Part shown: piece by piece, positions 40,659 through 53,221 of the stretch | How positions within the stretch are numbered: the stretch's first letter is position 1 | How the letters are laid out: the number at the start of each line of letters is the position of its first letter | Origin: Octopus sinensis | Taxonomy: Eukaryota | DNA: 64,000 nucleotides | Assembly (NCBI RefSeq): GCF_006345805.1 | Contig: NC_042998.1 | Coordinates: 74,462,001-74,526,000 of the forward strand | Direction: 5' to 3' | The notes under the pieces: model-generated | The model's input: only the letters and a program-made list of their open reading frames with translations | Database searches by the model: none | What the model was told of the DNA's origin: nothing | Position numbers and translations under genes: made by a program

Positions 40659-40726
40659 CATGTTGTAATCCCAACGAAGAGGTCTTGGATCTAGGTTAGA
40701 AATCTTGAAATAAAACTGAATAATGA
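40659..40726 (+). mobile_element. Very short LINE 3' end embedded in (TACA)n
   Basis: GGTTAGAAA..AATAAAACTGAATAATGA running directly into CATACATA; TACA on both sides. Confidence 0.5.
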
Positions 40727-40728
40727 CA

Positions 40729-40761
<33 letters not shown>

Positions 40762-40873
40762 TCATACACATACATACATACATACATACATACATACATA
40801 CATACATACATACATACATACATACATACATACATAGATAAATACATACATGCATACATACGTACATACATAC

Positions 40874-41059
40874 TCATTAGACTGCTCCTCCACAGTTTCA
40901 AAATTTTTCAAAATTTCAAGTTCTTGGTGAAGCTAGGTTATTGTAGCCGATGCAGTGAGAGGGAACTCGCGAACACATTATTAGGAGGCAAATTTCTTCG
41001 TCTTATATGGCTATATCTGCAAGCTACAAACTTAGTAAACCAGAAGCGCGCGCTCTCAA
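40874..41059 (+). mobile_element. Probable RLE LINE 3' end (third family)
   Basis: LLLHSFKIFQNFKF resembles the LLGTVKICKTFLKF terminus; TACA upstream, ends AACATACA. Confidence 0.45.
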
Positions 41060-41113
41060 CATACAAAAAAAAAGAAAACAAGCAAAAACAAAACGAAGAC
41101 AAATCATATAAAG

Positions 41114-41114
<1 letters not shown>

Positions 41115-41171
<57 letters not shown>

Positions 41172-41191
41172 CGACGATGATTATGATGATG

Positions 41192-41249
<58 letters not shown>

Positions 41250-41257
41250 TGATGATG

Positions 41258-41310
<53 letters not shown>
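41115..41310. repeat. (AAT)n array with GAT interruptions
   Basis: Directly visible. Confidence 0.95.
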
Positions 41311-41311
<1 letters not shown>

Positions 41312-41496
41312 TTAAACAGAATATAAATAATATGAAGTATACAAATTGTCGGTTTTGTTTTGGAATGGCTACGGTTTAGACATTCAAAGAATTATGGCCC
41401 TTTTAATTTTTACATAGACATTTATGTATGCTTGCACGTGCATCGCGTGTGTATGTCTATGTATGCTGGTGTTTGAGCGTATGTGTGTGTGTGTGC

Positions 41497-41548
<52 letters not shown>

Positions 41549-42062
41549 GATGTATTTGTATAAAGTGGCAGGACTATTAATGTTTCTGTATATTTCAAAC
41601 AAAACCATTAAACAGATCTGTTAATATGACAGATGTTCAATTCATGTACGTCTGGTATATATTTATACTAAAGCAAGGAAGCTGACTTTAATTAAGTGTC
41701 TAGGAAAATAACAGCATTAGCGATGGCTGGCAGTAATATTAAATATTACAAAAAACGACCAGTTTATGCTGCTGTTACATATTAACAATCCGACTCTGCA
41801 CACAAAACCCTTCTACTATGGAAAACTATAAATACTAAACAGTTAGCAACGTACTTCCAATAGGTTTATATGCTTGCCGTTGATATTCATCGTGATTCTC
41901 ATTGCCCTCTATTACAGCAACACTAATAGCATTTTCAAGCACTGACAAGATTTTTAACAATTCGATATCGTTCTGCATATAATTTCGTCACCATCATCAT
42001 CATCATCAACGTCGTCATCATCATCATCATCATCATCATCATCAACATCGTCGTCATCAACG

Positions 42063-42094
<32 letters not shown>

Positions 42095-42104
42095 GTCATC
42101 AACG

Positions 42105-42142
<38 letters not shown>

Positions 42143-43043
42143 TAGGTCTTCGTCATTGTCGTATCCCCTCCTCTTCCTCCTCTCCTCTTCCTCCTCTCCT
42201 CTTCCTCCTCCTCCATGACCCCTTCACTTCTTCCTTGTCCTCCTCATCATCATTATGTTGTTATTTAAGCACGGATCAGCTCTTCAAACGTTCTCGCTGG
42301 ATATATCCTATCGATGTTACTGGTAATTACGAGTGAATGAAAATATATTCTGGTATAGAGCCTATAAAAAAAAAAGGATCTTGTAACCATTGACGATTAT
42401 ATAAAAAATAACCGCATTATATAATCCTTAGAATTTTTCGTTTACAATAAATTAATAGCTCACAGCCCATTTTCTGTTCAAGTATATTTGGATCACTCGA
42501 TCAATTTTTGAATTATTCGATTTGACCCCAGATGGGATCCTGATGTCAAAACCCTAAAAATTATCAACTCACACCAAAAATATCTACGTCGAATGTTATA
42601 AAGACCGCCCCTAATTTAAACGAAAGCAAGGCGGCGGAGGTTTAACATCGATTCATACAGCCATTGAGTCTCACATCAGTCCTTTTGGCAACATCTACAA
42701 ATCACTACACGTCTGGATCAAATTTGTGCATGGATCAAGTCTGCATGCGTCATGAGAATTGGGCAGAAGCTTCTTGTAAAACATTACTTGACTAATGATT
42801 GCTAAGCAATGTTTCCAGCAACATGTTTGTGATTAAATTGATTAAATTATCGCTGCGAGTCAGTGAAATAGTTCTCTTTTGGTTGGGTTTTCTGATGGTT
42901 GCGTGTGCAGCAGCATCAATATTCCATACATGAAAGCGATATTATAATGTAACTTTTTATTTGAACCACTAAACATGACTGAAGTTTTTCTTGGTTTTAA
43001 AATGGAATTCTCGCCTCGGCGATGTGATTTTAGTAAAGTTATA

Positions 43044-43248
43044 TACGAGGATGCTGAAAAGTTCTTGGTTTGGGGTAAAAGGAAATATAGTAGGATCAGT
43101 TAATTATGATCCCTCACAGATTCACACACTTGTTGCAACGCTCCTCTGGGCTTTCTAAGCCTTGTAAAACAACTAGGAATCTTGGGCCTCCAACCAGGCC
43201 TTTCACGATACCCTTAAAGTAAGGAATTTTTCAATACCCTCTCTCGTA
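43044..43248. mobile_element. Mariner-type MITE (copy 3 of 3)
   Basis: TACGAGGATGCTGAAAAGTTC ... GGAATTTTTCAATACCCTCTCTCGTA. Confidence 0.8.
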
Positions 43249-44329
43249 TTACTAAACTATATAATGACGAACTTTCATGGTGACCACCATAAAGGCTCAT
43301 CAAAGAATTTGAGGAGTAGCATTTATGACAACATTCCTAGTTTTCGTTTGGCTGATTGGAGAAGCTAATAACAATTTCTGTTTCCTCTATATCTGAAGTA
43401 ATTTAGACATTCTGTTGTCAAAAGTTAGGATACTACATATTCATTGAAGAATGCTGTCGAAGTAATTAGTTATGAAAACTAAGTCTGACGTAAGGTGATT
43501 AAGCTGCATGTGGATGACACACGCAACTTAAACACCTTACATGTTAAGAATATCATTATCAGTATAGAGAAGGTAGAAAATCGATAATTTATTTAGTGAA
43601 GAAAAAGAACTCCATTGTTACTTATCACATTGAATGTGGCTCGATTGGAAGTTTCCCACCTAAAATTACGAGACAGTTGTAAAACAGCTTGGCTAACTCC
43701 AATGAGCATATCCATACATGCTCGTTCTGGGGGTTTTGGATAGAATTATTCCAAGTTCATCTCTAGAGACAGAATCAAAGACCCCGACAACTCCATGCAG
43801 ACGTTTCCGGTATTTGTGTGGTGTTTCCGAGCTATATCGCATACTCAGACAATATTTCAATTTAAGTAACACGGATTTGCTAGGATGATAGTATCCTCAA
43901 TGTAACTATCAATTGGAAAATAATGAAAGGAACGAACTTCTTATCAGAAGAATACATCAGTGATTATCACGATATAACTTCTCACATTCGTTATTGTCAT
44001 TCAAATCTAGAGTAAACTCAATTTCACAGACAGATAATCAAAGACATTATAGCAGTAATTACTAGTGTCTTTTTTAAGGTTACGTTATCCTATACATTCA
44101 AATCAACGAGAATTATTTGAGAGACATTTGATTGAGATTTATATCTGAACCACAAGGAAAGCAGAGAGAGTCTTTCTTTAGTTCACTTGTTGCTATATAT
44201 TTATGTACTGGCACCTTATCAAGGTAGCAGTATTACAATGACACCCTTCGAGGATGTTTTTGAGGTCTTAGTTCGTGAAGCCGCAATATGTTTGTGGTGA
44301 GACATGAAGATTGCATGTAAGCGTCACTT

Positions 44330-44500
44330 GAGTGAAGGATGTTGTTTTGCGGATGAATGAAGGGTAGTGTCAACTGTATATAAGTAGGCGTTGCTAAAGG
44401 TAGCGGCAAGTGAATTCTTGACTATTAGGAAAAATTGTGAAGGTGACATCAAACCTTCAGGCACATTAGACATCAGTTTTATACCTTGATATATTGCACC
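44330..44500 (-). mobile_element. Decayed non-LTR RT core fragment
   Basis: NVPEGLMSPSQFF..YTVDTTLHSS corresponds to GVPQGSVLSP.LF..YADD.TLHSS. Confidence 0.6.
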
Positions 44501-44820
44501 AGCAGAAAAGACATGTATGTGTGATTGTGTGCGTATGTGAATGTGTATGCGAGCGCGTGTGTGCGAGTATGTATGTGTGTGTGAATATATCAGACATTTA
44601 AAAGGCACAGAGAAAGAATCCCCTGGTTCAGTTAGATCTAAAATGACAACCCGTTTAATTTCATCACTCGGCCCTTGCAGGGCTTTTACATTTCCCGTTC
44701 ATATGATTGCCCTTGAACATACGAGGAGTCTTTGGTTTCAGCATAACTCAACAGCTCGACTTACTGCTTCATGTGACAGAAATCTATGATTTATGGTTTC
44801 TCTTCCCTCCCTATAAACTA

Positions 44821-46105
44821 TCAGGTCATCCCATAAGTTCTGTCCATATTTTGAATAAAGAAAAGTGATCAAATGTTATATTTAATTGAAATTTAATCAT
44901 CAATGTACTTTCACTGATTATATATGACTTCCTTCCATCTACTTACAAGCTTTTAGATCCCATCAATGTAAAACTATTTTGGTTTCAAAGCGAAGAACTC
45001 TGAAATGTCAGTTTCGACCTCCTCCTGGCTTGCGAAAGTTATGTCTCCCAAATGATTCTGTAAACTACGAAACAAATGGAAGTCTGAAGGAGCAAGGTCG
45101 GGAGAATAAGGTGGATGAGCAATTTTTTCCCAACCAAGCTCTTCCATCTTCTGTGATGTGATCTTTGCAGCGTGGGGGTCATGCATTGTCCTAATGAAAC
45201 ATCACTCCTTTTCGATTCACTAAAGCGGGTCTTTTTTTCTTCAAAGCTTGGTTAAAACGCTTTAATTACTGACAGTAGACTTGAGCATTGATTGTTGCAT
45301 TAGATGGTAACAATCCAAAGTGAATTACTCCTTTGCAATCCCACCAGATAGAGAGAAGAACCTTTTTCCCATGAAGTTCCCTTCTCGGTTGTGGTTGAGC
45401 TTTTTCCCTTTTACCAAGCCACTGTTTACGACTTTTAACATTTCGATAGAAGATCCATTTTTCGTCACTAGTCACGAGTCTATCCAAAAAGGGTGAAATG
45501 AGTTCGCGAGAACTGAGAGAAGAGCAGATGCCAACTCGAAATTTGCGGTTGATTTCAGACAATTCATGAGGCACTCATTTTCCAAGTTTAGGAACCTTTC
45601 CAAGTTGTTGAAGATGACGATAAACAGTTGTATGGTTTGAACGAAGCTTTATTGTCAATTCTTCAACTGATAATGCAGGATTTTCAAGTAATGCCTCAAG
45701 GAGCTTATCATCAAACTCAACTGGACATCCTGTTCGATCATCATCTTCAAGTCTGAAGTCTCCACTTCTGAATTTTGCAAACCATCTTCTGCAAGTTCTT
45801 TAATTCAAGCATTCTTTCCCATAAACGGAGTGTATGTTCTGAGTCGCTTCGGCTGCAGAGTTTCCTTTTTTGTACTCATAAAGCATTATGTGCCTCAAAT
45901 GCTCTTTGGATACTTCCATGTTAGAATGGGTTTAATCAAAGAAATTTTAATTCTATTATTCTGTAAAATAATATTTAATTAGTTTAAATGTACACAAATG
46001 CTTAAAATAATTTTTAATTACATTAGACATTCTAAAATACTATTAAATTTCATTCAATTATAAAAAAGGTAAAATCAGACAGAACTGATATTTGGAATGA
46101 CCTGA
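44821..46105 (-). mobile_element. Full-length mariner (DD34D); transposase pseudogene 45919 to 44893
   Basis: TIR TCAGGTCATCCCATAAGTTCTGTC and its decayed partner ending at 46105; 1285 bp. *VPHEL, TSDEKW, DNA*PH and YSPDLAPSDF motifs. Eight in-frame stops and one +1 frameshift. Confidence 0.95.
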
Positions 46106-46671
46106 AATTTCGAAGGTCACTCGAAAGTTCGGCGATGCTGGTCACCCTTCTCTGATGATACCATGAAAAAGTTTAGGTTTATGTACCATAGTGCAACTTA
46201 CCACACACTTATTTAAAGTGGCCACTCACGATGTTCTTAACCCATCCCCATCACATACTTGGTTATTTATATTATGATGTTCCTTATAACTCTGCTTTTT
46301 TTTCAGTCAGCTTCATAACGGATATTATAACATATTATATTATATTATATCAGCTGAATCAAATAGTTGTAAAAAGGGTCCAAATGAACATGGTGTTAAC
46401 ACATACAATCCAGTCGATGCTTTGATCTGTCATTTGGGAAATTTTTCTTTAACATTCATTATACCATTTTCTTTTATTCTCGGTCATGACGGCGTGGGTA
46501 AGGAAACCGCTTAGCTGCTATGTAGCTTTGGGCTCAATCGTACTGAACAACACTTTGTGCAAGTGTCTTATACTATAGCCACCCTCAGAACAAAGCTTTG
46601 GGAGTAAATTCGTCGACGGAAAACTATGTATTGATCAGAGGGGTATATATATATATATATATATAATGATT

Positions 46672-47351
46672 GTATACTGTCAATCTAACGTGAACGTGAC
46701 AGTAGGGGGTTTACACCACCGCTGTTTAGCCCTAGGAAGCATCGACGCTTCCTGATGGCTTTGACACATTATTCCTGTGTCCTTATATACATTTACGAAG
46801 GGGAGACAAACACCCCCAGCAGCCAGGCCTGCATCTAGAGACACGCATATTTCAGGATTTTTGTCCTTCATCGTTCTAGAGTAGCAGACGCCCGTCAGCC
46901 GCGAATATCTGTCCCGATCCGCAAATGTATATATCTAATTTTCAGTGAAGTTTATTCACTGATTACCAAAATTAGAAATATTAAATTTTTAAATCTCTCA
47001 TAGAGATATGTACGGTGGTGGGGCGATAGAATGAAAATTAGATATATACATTTGCGGATTGGGACAGATATTCGCGGCTGACGGGCGTCTGCTACTCTAG
47101 AGCGATGAAGGACAAAGATCCTGAAACATGCGTGTCTCTAGATGCAGGCCTGGCTGCTGGGGATGTTTGTCTCCCCTTCGTAAATGTATATAAGGACACA
47201 GGAATAATGTGTCAAAGCCATCAGGAAGCGTCGATGCTTCCTAGGGCTAAACAGCGGTGGTGTAAACCCCCTACTGTCACGTTCACGTTAGATTGACAGT
47301 ATACCACCGTACATATCTCTATGAAAGATTTAGAAATTTAATATTTCTAAT
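46672..47351. repeat. Double inverted duplication (A' B' A B) at the start of a Penelope-like element
   Basis: A arms 46672-46944 / 47032-47304 (273 bp, 5 differences seen); B arms 46971-47019 / 47303-47351 (49 bp, 2 differences). Confidence 0.9.
47096..47142 (+). ncRNA. Hammerhead-like fold with non-canonical core (mirror copy at 46834-46880, minus strand)
   Basis: Stem I TCTAGA/TCTAGA; GCGATGA; stem II AGGA-CAAAGA-TCCT; GAAA; near-palindromic ACATGCGTGT; GUC site. Confidence 0.5.
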
Positions 47352-47355
47352 ATAT

Positions 47356-48344
47356 TTTGTGTCTATGTTTTCGTTCTCATTGTGTTCGACATCCTTTTGG
47401 TGTCCTGTACTCATATATGCGTGTATATGTACATGTAGAGGTAGGTACGTACATATATGTTTATATATATGCATATGTTTTATTTTATTTATTAATATAT
47501 TATATGACGAAACGCACGCACCCCTTTAAGTAAGATTGTTCTGTATATCAAGTTTTGTTCTTGATATTAACTTTGATGCACACTCTTAACCTTTCTGTCC
47601 CATCCCTTTCTCAGCCTTCATTCTTTGATTTCCTTTTCCTCTACTTAACTTGTCTCTTCCTCTCTCTCATTCTTCACTCTCTCTCTCTCCCTCTCCATTC
47701 TTCATGGTCTCCTCGCAGCCATTCCCCTTCTTCTCTCCCTTTCTCTTGCTCCTCCTCCCCCTCCCGTCGTTCACCCGCGACGAGACTTCCGCTGCTGTCT
47801 TTCTGGCCTGGCCCTCTCAAGGTAATGGACGACAATTCTTTTTGCTCCGCTCGTCGTTCATAAAAAATTCCGCGTTCGCAATACTTTTTTTCGTTCGGCG
47901 TTAACAGCCCTTCTTATCTTGTTTTTCCTTGTCCTGTCTTTTACTGTTTATAATTTGTACTGTCGTTACTGTCCTGTTTTTGTTACCATTTTTTACCCCT
48001 CTGCGAAAAGATCTCAGATTTTTAATTGATTTGCTTTTCGCAGGAAGGAAAGTTTCTTGTCGAAGATACGTCTCGCTTTTATCCTTCGAAACGTAGAGTA
48101 GATGAAACCATAGCGACTGAAGAAGGGGCTTTTTCTTTGTGTTAATTGTCCTGTACTCTATTTTTTTGTTGTTTTAAAAAAATGTCCTGTTCCTTTGGTT
48201 TGTGTCTATGTTTTCGTTTCTCATTGTGTTCGACGTCCCTTTGGTGTCCTGTACTCATATATGCGTGTATATGTACATGTAGAGGTAGGTATGTACATAA
48301 ATGTTTATATATATGCATATGTTTTATTTTATTTATTAACATAT
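47356..48344 (+). mobile_element. Penelope-like remnant with about 145-bp direct (pseudo-LTR-like) repeats
   Basis: Repeats at 47356-47500 and 48199-48344; no coding capacity found. Confidence 0.55.
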
Positions 48345-48461
48345 ATAGTGAGATAAATAGATAGATAGACAGACAGACAGATAGATAGATAGATAGATAG
48401 ACATACAGATAGATACGTCGTATACATGTCTGTGCGCATGTATATATGGGTATGTGTGTAG

Positions 48462-48665
48462 GTGTGTATGTGTGTTTCTTTCCCCACCGTTTGACAACCG
48501 TTTACATCGCTGTAACTTAGCGGCCGGGCAAAAGTAGGCGATGGATAAGTATCAGAATTTAAAAGATAAGTACTGAGGTCGATTTGTTCAACTAAAATTC
48601 CCTTCAAGGAGATACCCCAGCATGACCGCTGCCCAATGTCTGAAACCAGGAAAAGATAAAAGATG
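48462..48665 (+). mobile_element. SINE family 2, 3' half
   Basis: TTGACAACCG..GTAACTTAGCGG..CCCAGCATGACCGC. Confidence 0.8.
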
Positions 48666-48943
48666 ATTTTTTTCTGCATGGCAACGTTAGGTTTCCATTT
48701 TATCTTTATTTAGTAAGCGACAATGCATATAAAAATAAATTATCAACATATGAATACACTTAGTAACAGCCTCATGTACACACACACACATATATATGTA
48801 TGTATATATGTGTGTACACATACACACATACATACATATGCATATATATGTATAATGATGCATATAAATATGTTTATATATATATATGTGTGTATATGTA
48901 CATATACATGTACTATATTATATTGTCTATATGTATATGTATG

Positions 48944-48991
<48 letters not shown>

Positions 48992-49068
48992 TATATATAT
49001 ATGCGTGTGTTTGCATCTGTGTATGTGTGTGTACACGCATGTGTGTATGAAGAGAGACACACTGAGGT

Positions 49069-49135
<67 letters not shown>

Positions 49136-50364
49136 TAGATAGATAGATAGAGGTGTATATGTGTATTTTCGTATATACGTATGTATGTAAGGTGTTGAGA
49201 ATGTCTATATTCTAATTTTTAAAACAGTTCACCAAGTGTTTTCAGCTAGTGGAATTTCCTATTTATCGTACCAATAAGTGTGCAAATTATATTCAATTCT
49301 AATATGACGCTGGTTTACCATACTAAAAGAAAGCCTCTCGCGTAAACAAAACTTAATCAATATTAAGTACACAAAGAGACTGCTAGACAAAACTATTTAT
49401 GAAATCGGTGAAAAAAAAGAAATAATAACTACCACATTCCCACCCATCATAAACAAACCAGACAATTCATATACACTTCAGTACCAAAAGCAAATGAATT
49501 CTCATTATAAAAGCGATAAAATTGTTCTAGAGAGAATAATTGAGTAAAAAGCGTAGATCAACTCGTTAAATCTAACGAGAATTGAAAATTAATTTCGTAC
49601 TGTAAAACCTGAAAAATTGGCATTTTGAAGACACATTTACCTGTAAAGTGTCGTAGCGCATTGCATTGGTACTTGTTAACAGTTCTTGATTGATGTAGTA
49701 AAACCTTACAAAAACTCAAAGATTTCGTCAAATCTAGGAAACTATTTGAAGATCAATAAGTGCTTCGCTCAGATCCTTCGTTTGTTTGTCAAATGACAAT
49801 GACCAAATTCATTGAAGTTGAAGCTTTACAATAACAATCTGAAAATAATAGTCATTTTTTAGATTATACTGTCCTTCGCTTTATACATATATCCGGACAC
49901 CGCTTGATAAGAGAAGTAGTCACCAGCCAATTCACTTTTAAATAGCACTCTAACCTGTTAAAAAGGGAAGCTACTTTAGATAATGTAGCCTTAATTACAA
50001 TGTGGGTTAATAAAAAAAAATCGGATGGTTCCAGTTAGAATACCTAATTTTATAAACCTACCCGATCAGTGCTGATCTGGGGTGATAAATAGGAATAAAA
50101 AATGATAGGTTGAAATAACAGCCACAAATACTTTAAATCACATTCAACCGTCTTATTAAAAGCAGTAGATACATTCTAAATAAATAAAAGACAAGCGATC
50201 AAGTTGGAAAATTATTGATTATAAATCTGAAGGGCAAGGGCCAGCCTCGGATAGGATTAAAAAACAACAGTAACGACGATAATAATGTATCCCAATTAAT
50301 ATAACCAATAACTATTTCGTATTTAAAACATTTAGAATGTACCAGCGTTGAGTTATCTTTCGTC

Positions 50365-50593
50365 TTTTATTTTTTACTTGTTTCTGTCATTAGACTGCAA
50401 CCATGTTGGAGCACCACTTCGAAGAGTTTTAAGTCGAATGAATCGACTCCAGTGCTTAGCTTTCAAAGTCTGGCACTTATTCTGTCAGTTCCTTTTGCCG
50501 AACCAATAATTTACAGGGACATAAATATGCCAACACCGGTTGTCAAGCGGTGGTGGTGGATAAAAATAGGCACAAAGATATACACGCACGCAT

Positions 50594-50625
<32 letters not shown>

Positions 50626-50799
50626 GTATAAATATATGACAGTCTTCTTTCAGTTTCTGTCTATCAACTCTACTCACAAGGTTTTGGTCTGCCCGATGCT
50701 ATTAAAGGAGACACTTGCCCTAGATGCCACGCAGGGGGACTGAAACTGGAACCATATGATCGGAAAGCAAGCTTCTTACCATATACCTACGCCTGCGCC
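50365..50799 (-). mobile_element. SINE family 2, complete but decayed
   Basis: Reverse-complement head at 50799 and tail at 50365, internal CA/TA tract. Confidence 0.85.
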
Positions 50800-51104
50800 T
50801 ATATTACATCACAACTTGTCTGATATCCAGAAAATTGGCAAAATGTTAGATACTGTCTCTACTATATATATGATACCTTGTATACCTTATTTTAAGGCGT
50901 ACAAGTCGAAATTTTCAAACCAAAACTTACATCTAAAAAAGTAGGTCGACTTATACAGCAAAACGATTCTGGATGATAAAAAACTTCTATGTGAAATGCA
51001 GCAGTATTTCGAAAGACAGTAAGGATATGCATATACTAATTCGATTTGTATACCAAGAAAATGGTACAAACTATAAGACGCTATTTATCGTCACATATTT
51101 ATAA

Positions 51105-51545
51105 TATGGGACGATATATATGCAAAATATGGGACACTAATTATGTCTACAAAATATGATATACTATGTATACAAAAACATGGGATTCAGTTTAGGCCCA
51201 CAAAGAATAGGACGCTGTGTATACAAACTATAGAACATTATGCATACAAATTATGGGACACCATGTCAATAAATTATAGGATATTATGTATGCAAACTAT
51301 GGGACATTATATGGGACAAAATGTATACAAAATTTGAGACGCTGTATTTACAAGATATAGGAGACTATATACAATATTCCATATTTTGAACATAGTTTAA
51401 GAAAATGCGATTAATATTCCTAAAAATATTGATTAATATATATACAAAATACGGCAAGCTGCATTTACAAATTGATTGACGCTATGTCCACAAAGTATGG
51501 GATACTATTTATCTTTACAGAATAGGGGACAATATGGCCATAAAT
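51105..51545. repeat. Degenerate minisatellite, about 23-bp unit
   Basis: Unit approximately ATGGGACACTATGTATACAAAAT. Confidence 0.75.
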
Positions 51546-51964
51546 TAAAGGACAGCTTTTATGTAGATTACATAGTAGGATATGAAAAACCACAAAAAAG
51601 AAAACTAAAGAAGTCAAATAGATTATTTTTAGATTTTCAGCACACGATAATATCCAATCCACTAATACTGCATTGTCGATAATCACACACACACTCTCAC
51701 GCACAAGGACACGCATATACGTTCTTGTATATTCATATTCTTACACAGGTGCTTACACATATACACACGCAAACACATTATATATGGTAGACACTTTTAT
51801 TAGTTTAAATAGTGTCAGAAGCTAATGCAGTTAAATATTTATAACACTTATCTAAATGTATGAATAGATTTATCGCATAGACTCCGGGTTCATACCATTA
51901 TCGCCGTCATCCTCACCACCGTCATCCTCACCACCGTCATCGCCACCTCCATTATCATCATCAT

Positions 51965-52046
<82 letters not shown>

Positions 52047-52493
52047 GTAAGAGAATGATAAAGTTCGTCTCTCCTAGTCAAGTTTAAGCTCCACGATATA
52101 ATGGTGTGGTTTATATTAATGATTCGTTTACACTCATCTCCGTTAATTAATGAACACATCAAGCTAATTATGTTATCGAGCTAATTATGTTCGAATTTCA
52201 CACTTCCCTTTTCAAAGAACTAAACCCAGGTAACCACTGACTTTGACAAATTCCTACACACTTCGTACTATATGATTACCAGAAGTTTTTAAATCTACGA
52301 ACAACCTCAGACAACTTCTTTACTGTACTTCATTCTCTCTTAGCACTTCTAGTAAATTGTAGCAAATATATTTCTGTACATTTGACATGACATAACGTAT
52401 TGGGTTGGCAAATAACCAGTTTTCATTAATTTTCGCTTATGCTGTTTAGCATAAAGTCAGCTCTTAGCCGACAAGGCTACAATTAGGCATGTG

Positions 52494-52714
52494 AAACGTG
52501 ATAATGCCACCTTTTGATTTACATACAATATCCTCCTGGTTATAGGACAATAGACTGTGATTTCAGGAAACTTTACTGCTAACCCTATCAGTTCAAATGA
52601 CTTCTTAACATTTAGACTGCTAGGGTTAGCAGTAAAATTTCCTGAAATCACAGCCTATTGTCTTATAACATGGGGGATATTGTATGTAAATCGAAAAGTG
52701 GAATTATCACGTTT
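52494..52714. repeat. Fold-back (MITE-like) inverted repeat
   Basis: 99-bp arms 52494-52592 and 52616-52714, roughly 88% identical by eye, 23-bp spacer. Confidence 0.8.
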
Positions 52715-53153
52715 ATGAAATTTGCTAATGTGTATGTTCCTACTTGAGCATATATGCATGTATATTCATGTGCATATGAACGTGTATTTATATGTGTATA
52801 TATTTACACACGGGAGAAAAATACTTTTACTTAAAATGTGCGGTGCTGGTCACCATGAAGTTTTTCTTGGTCACCATGAAGTATTTTTTTTAGTTTTCTG
52901 CTAGTTTAAAACAGTACACACATTTAGGAAATGATACCCGTGCTGCATAATCGTTTGTCATTACGAAATTTAATGTGAAGATACATTGTACCGCTTTATT
53001 TGTCAGCGTAAATTAAGACGTGAACTTTTTGAGCCCACAAACAAACGGTGGTACTTTCATGGCGGCAAAGTTCGATATAGTACACTTAAAGAGAAAAACA
53101 ATTCCTTACCGGTTCCATTTAGGCGAGCCTAACAGACAAAGGATTTGATAGAC

Positions 53154-53221
53154 TCCCGAAGCCATGATATGAGATCAGCTATTCCGAGAAACTTGCGTCC
53201 GGAAGTTACTTCATCAGGGGA
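53154..53221 (-). ncRNA. Degenerate type I hammerhead motif with a longer stem III
   Basis: Stem I TCCC/GGGA; CTGATGA; stem II AGTAACTT/AAGTTTCT (7 of 8); GGAA in place of GAAA; stem III AGC-TGAT/ATCA-GCT. Confidence 0.45.

Noticed and set aside
46680-47296. Twin 63-aa ORFs MKDK.PE.CVSLDAG
   Set aside because: They are a by-product of the inverted duplication and show no recognisable protein features.
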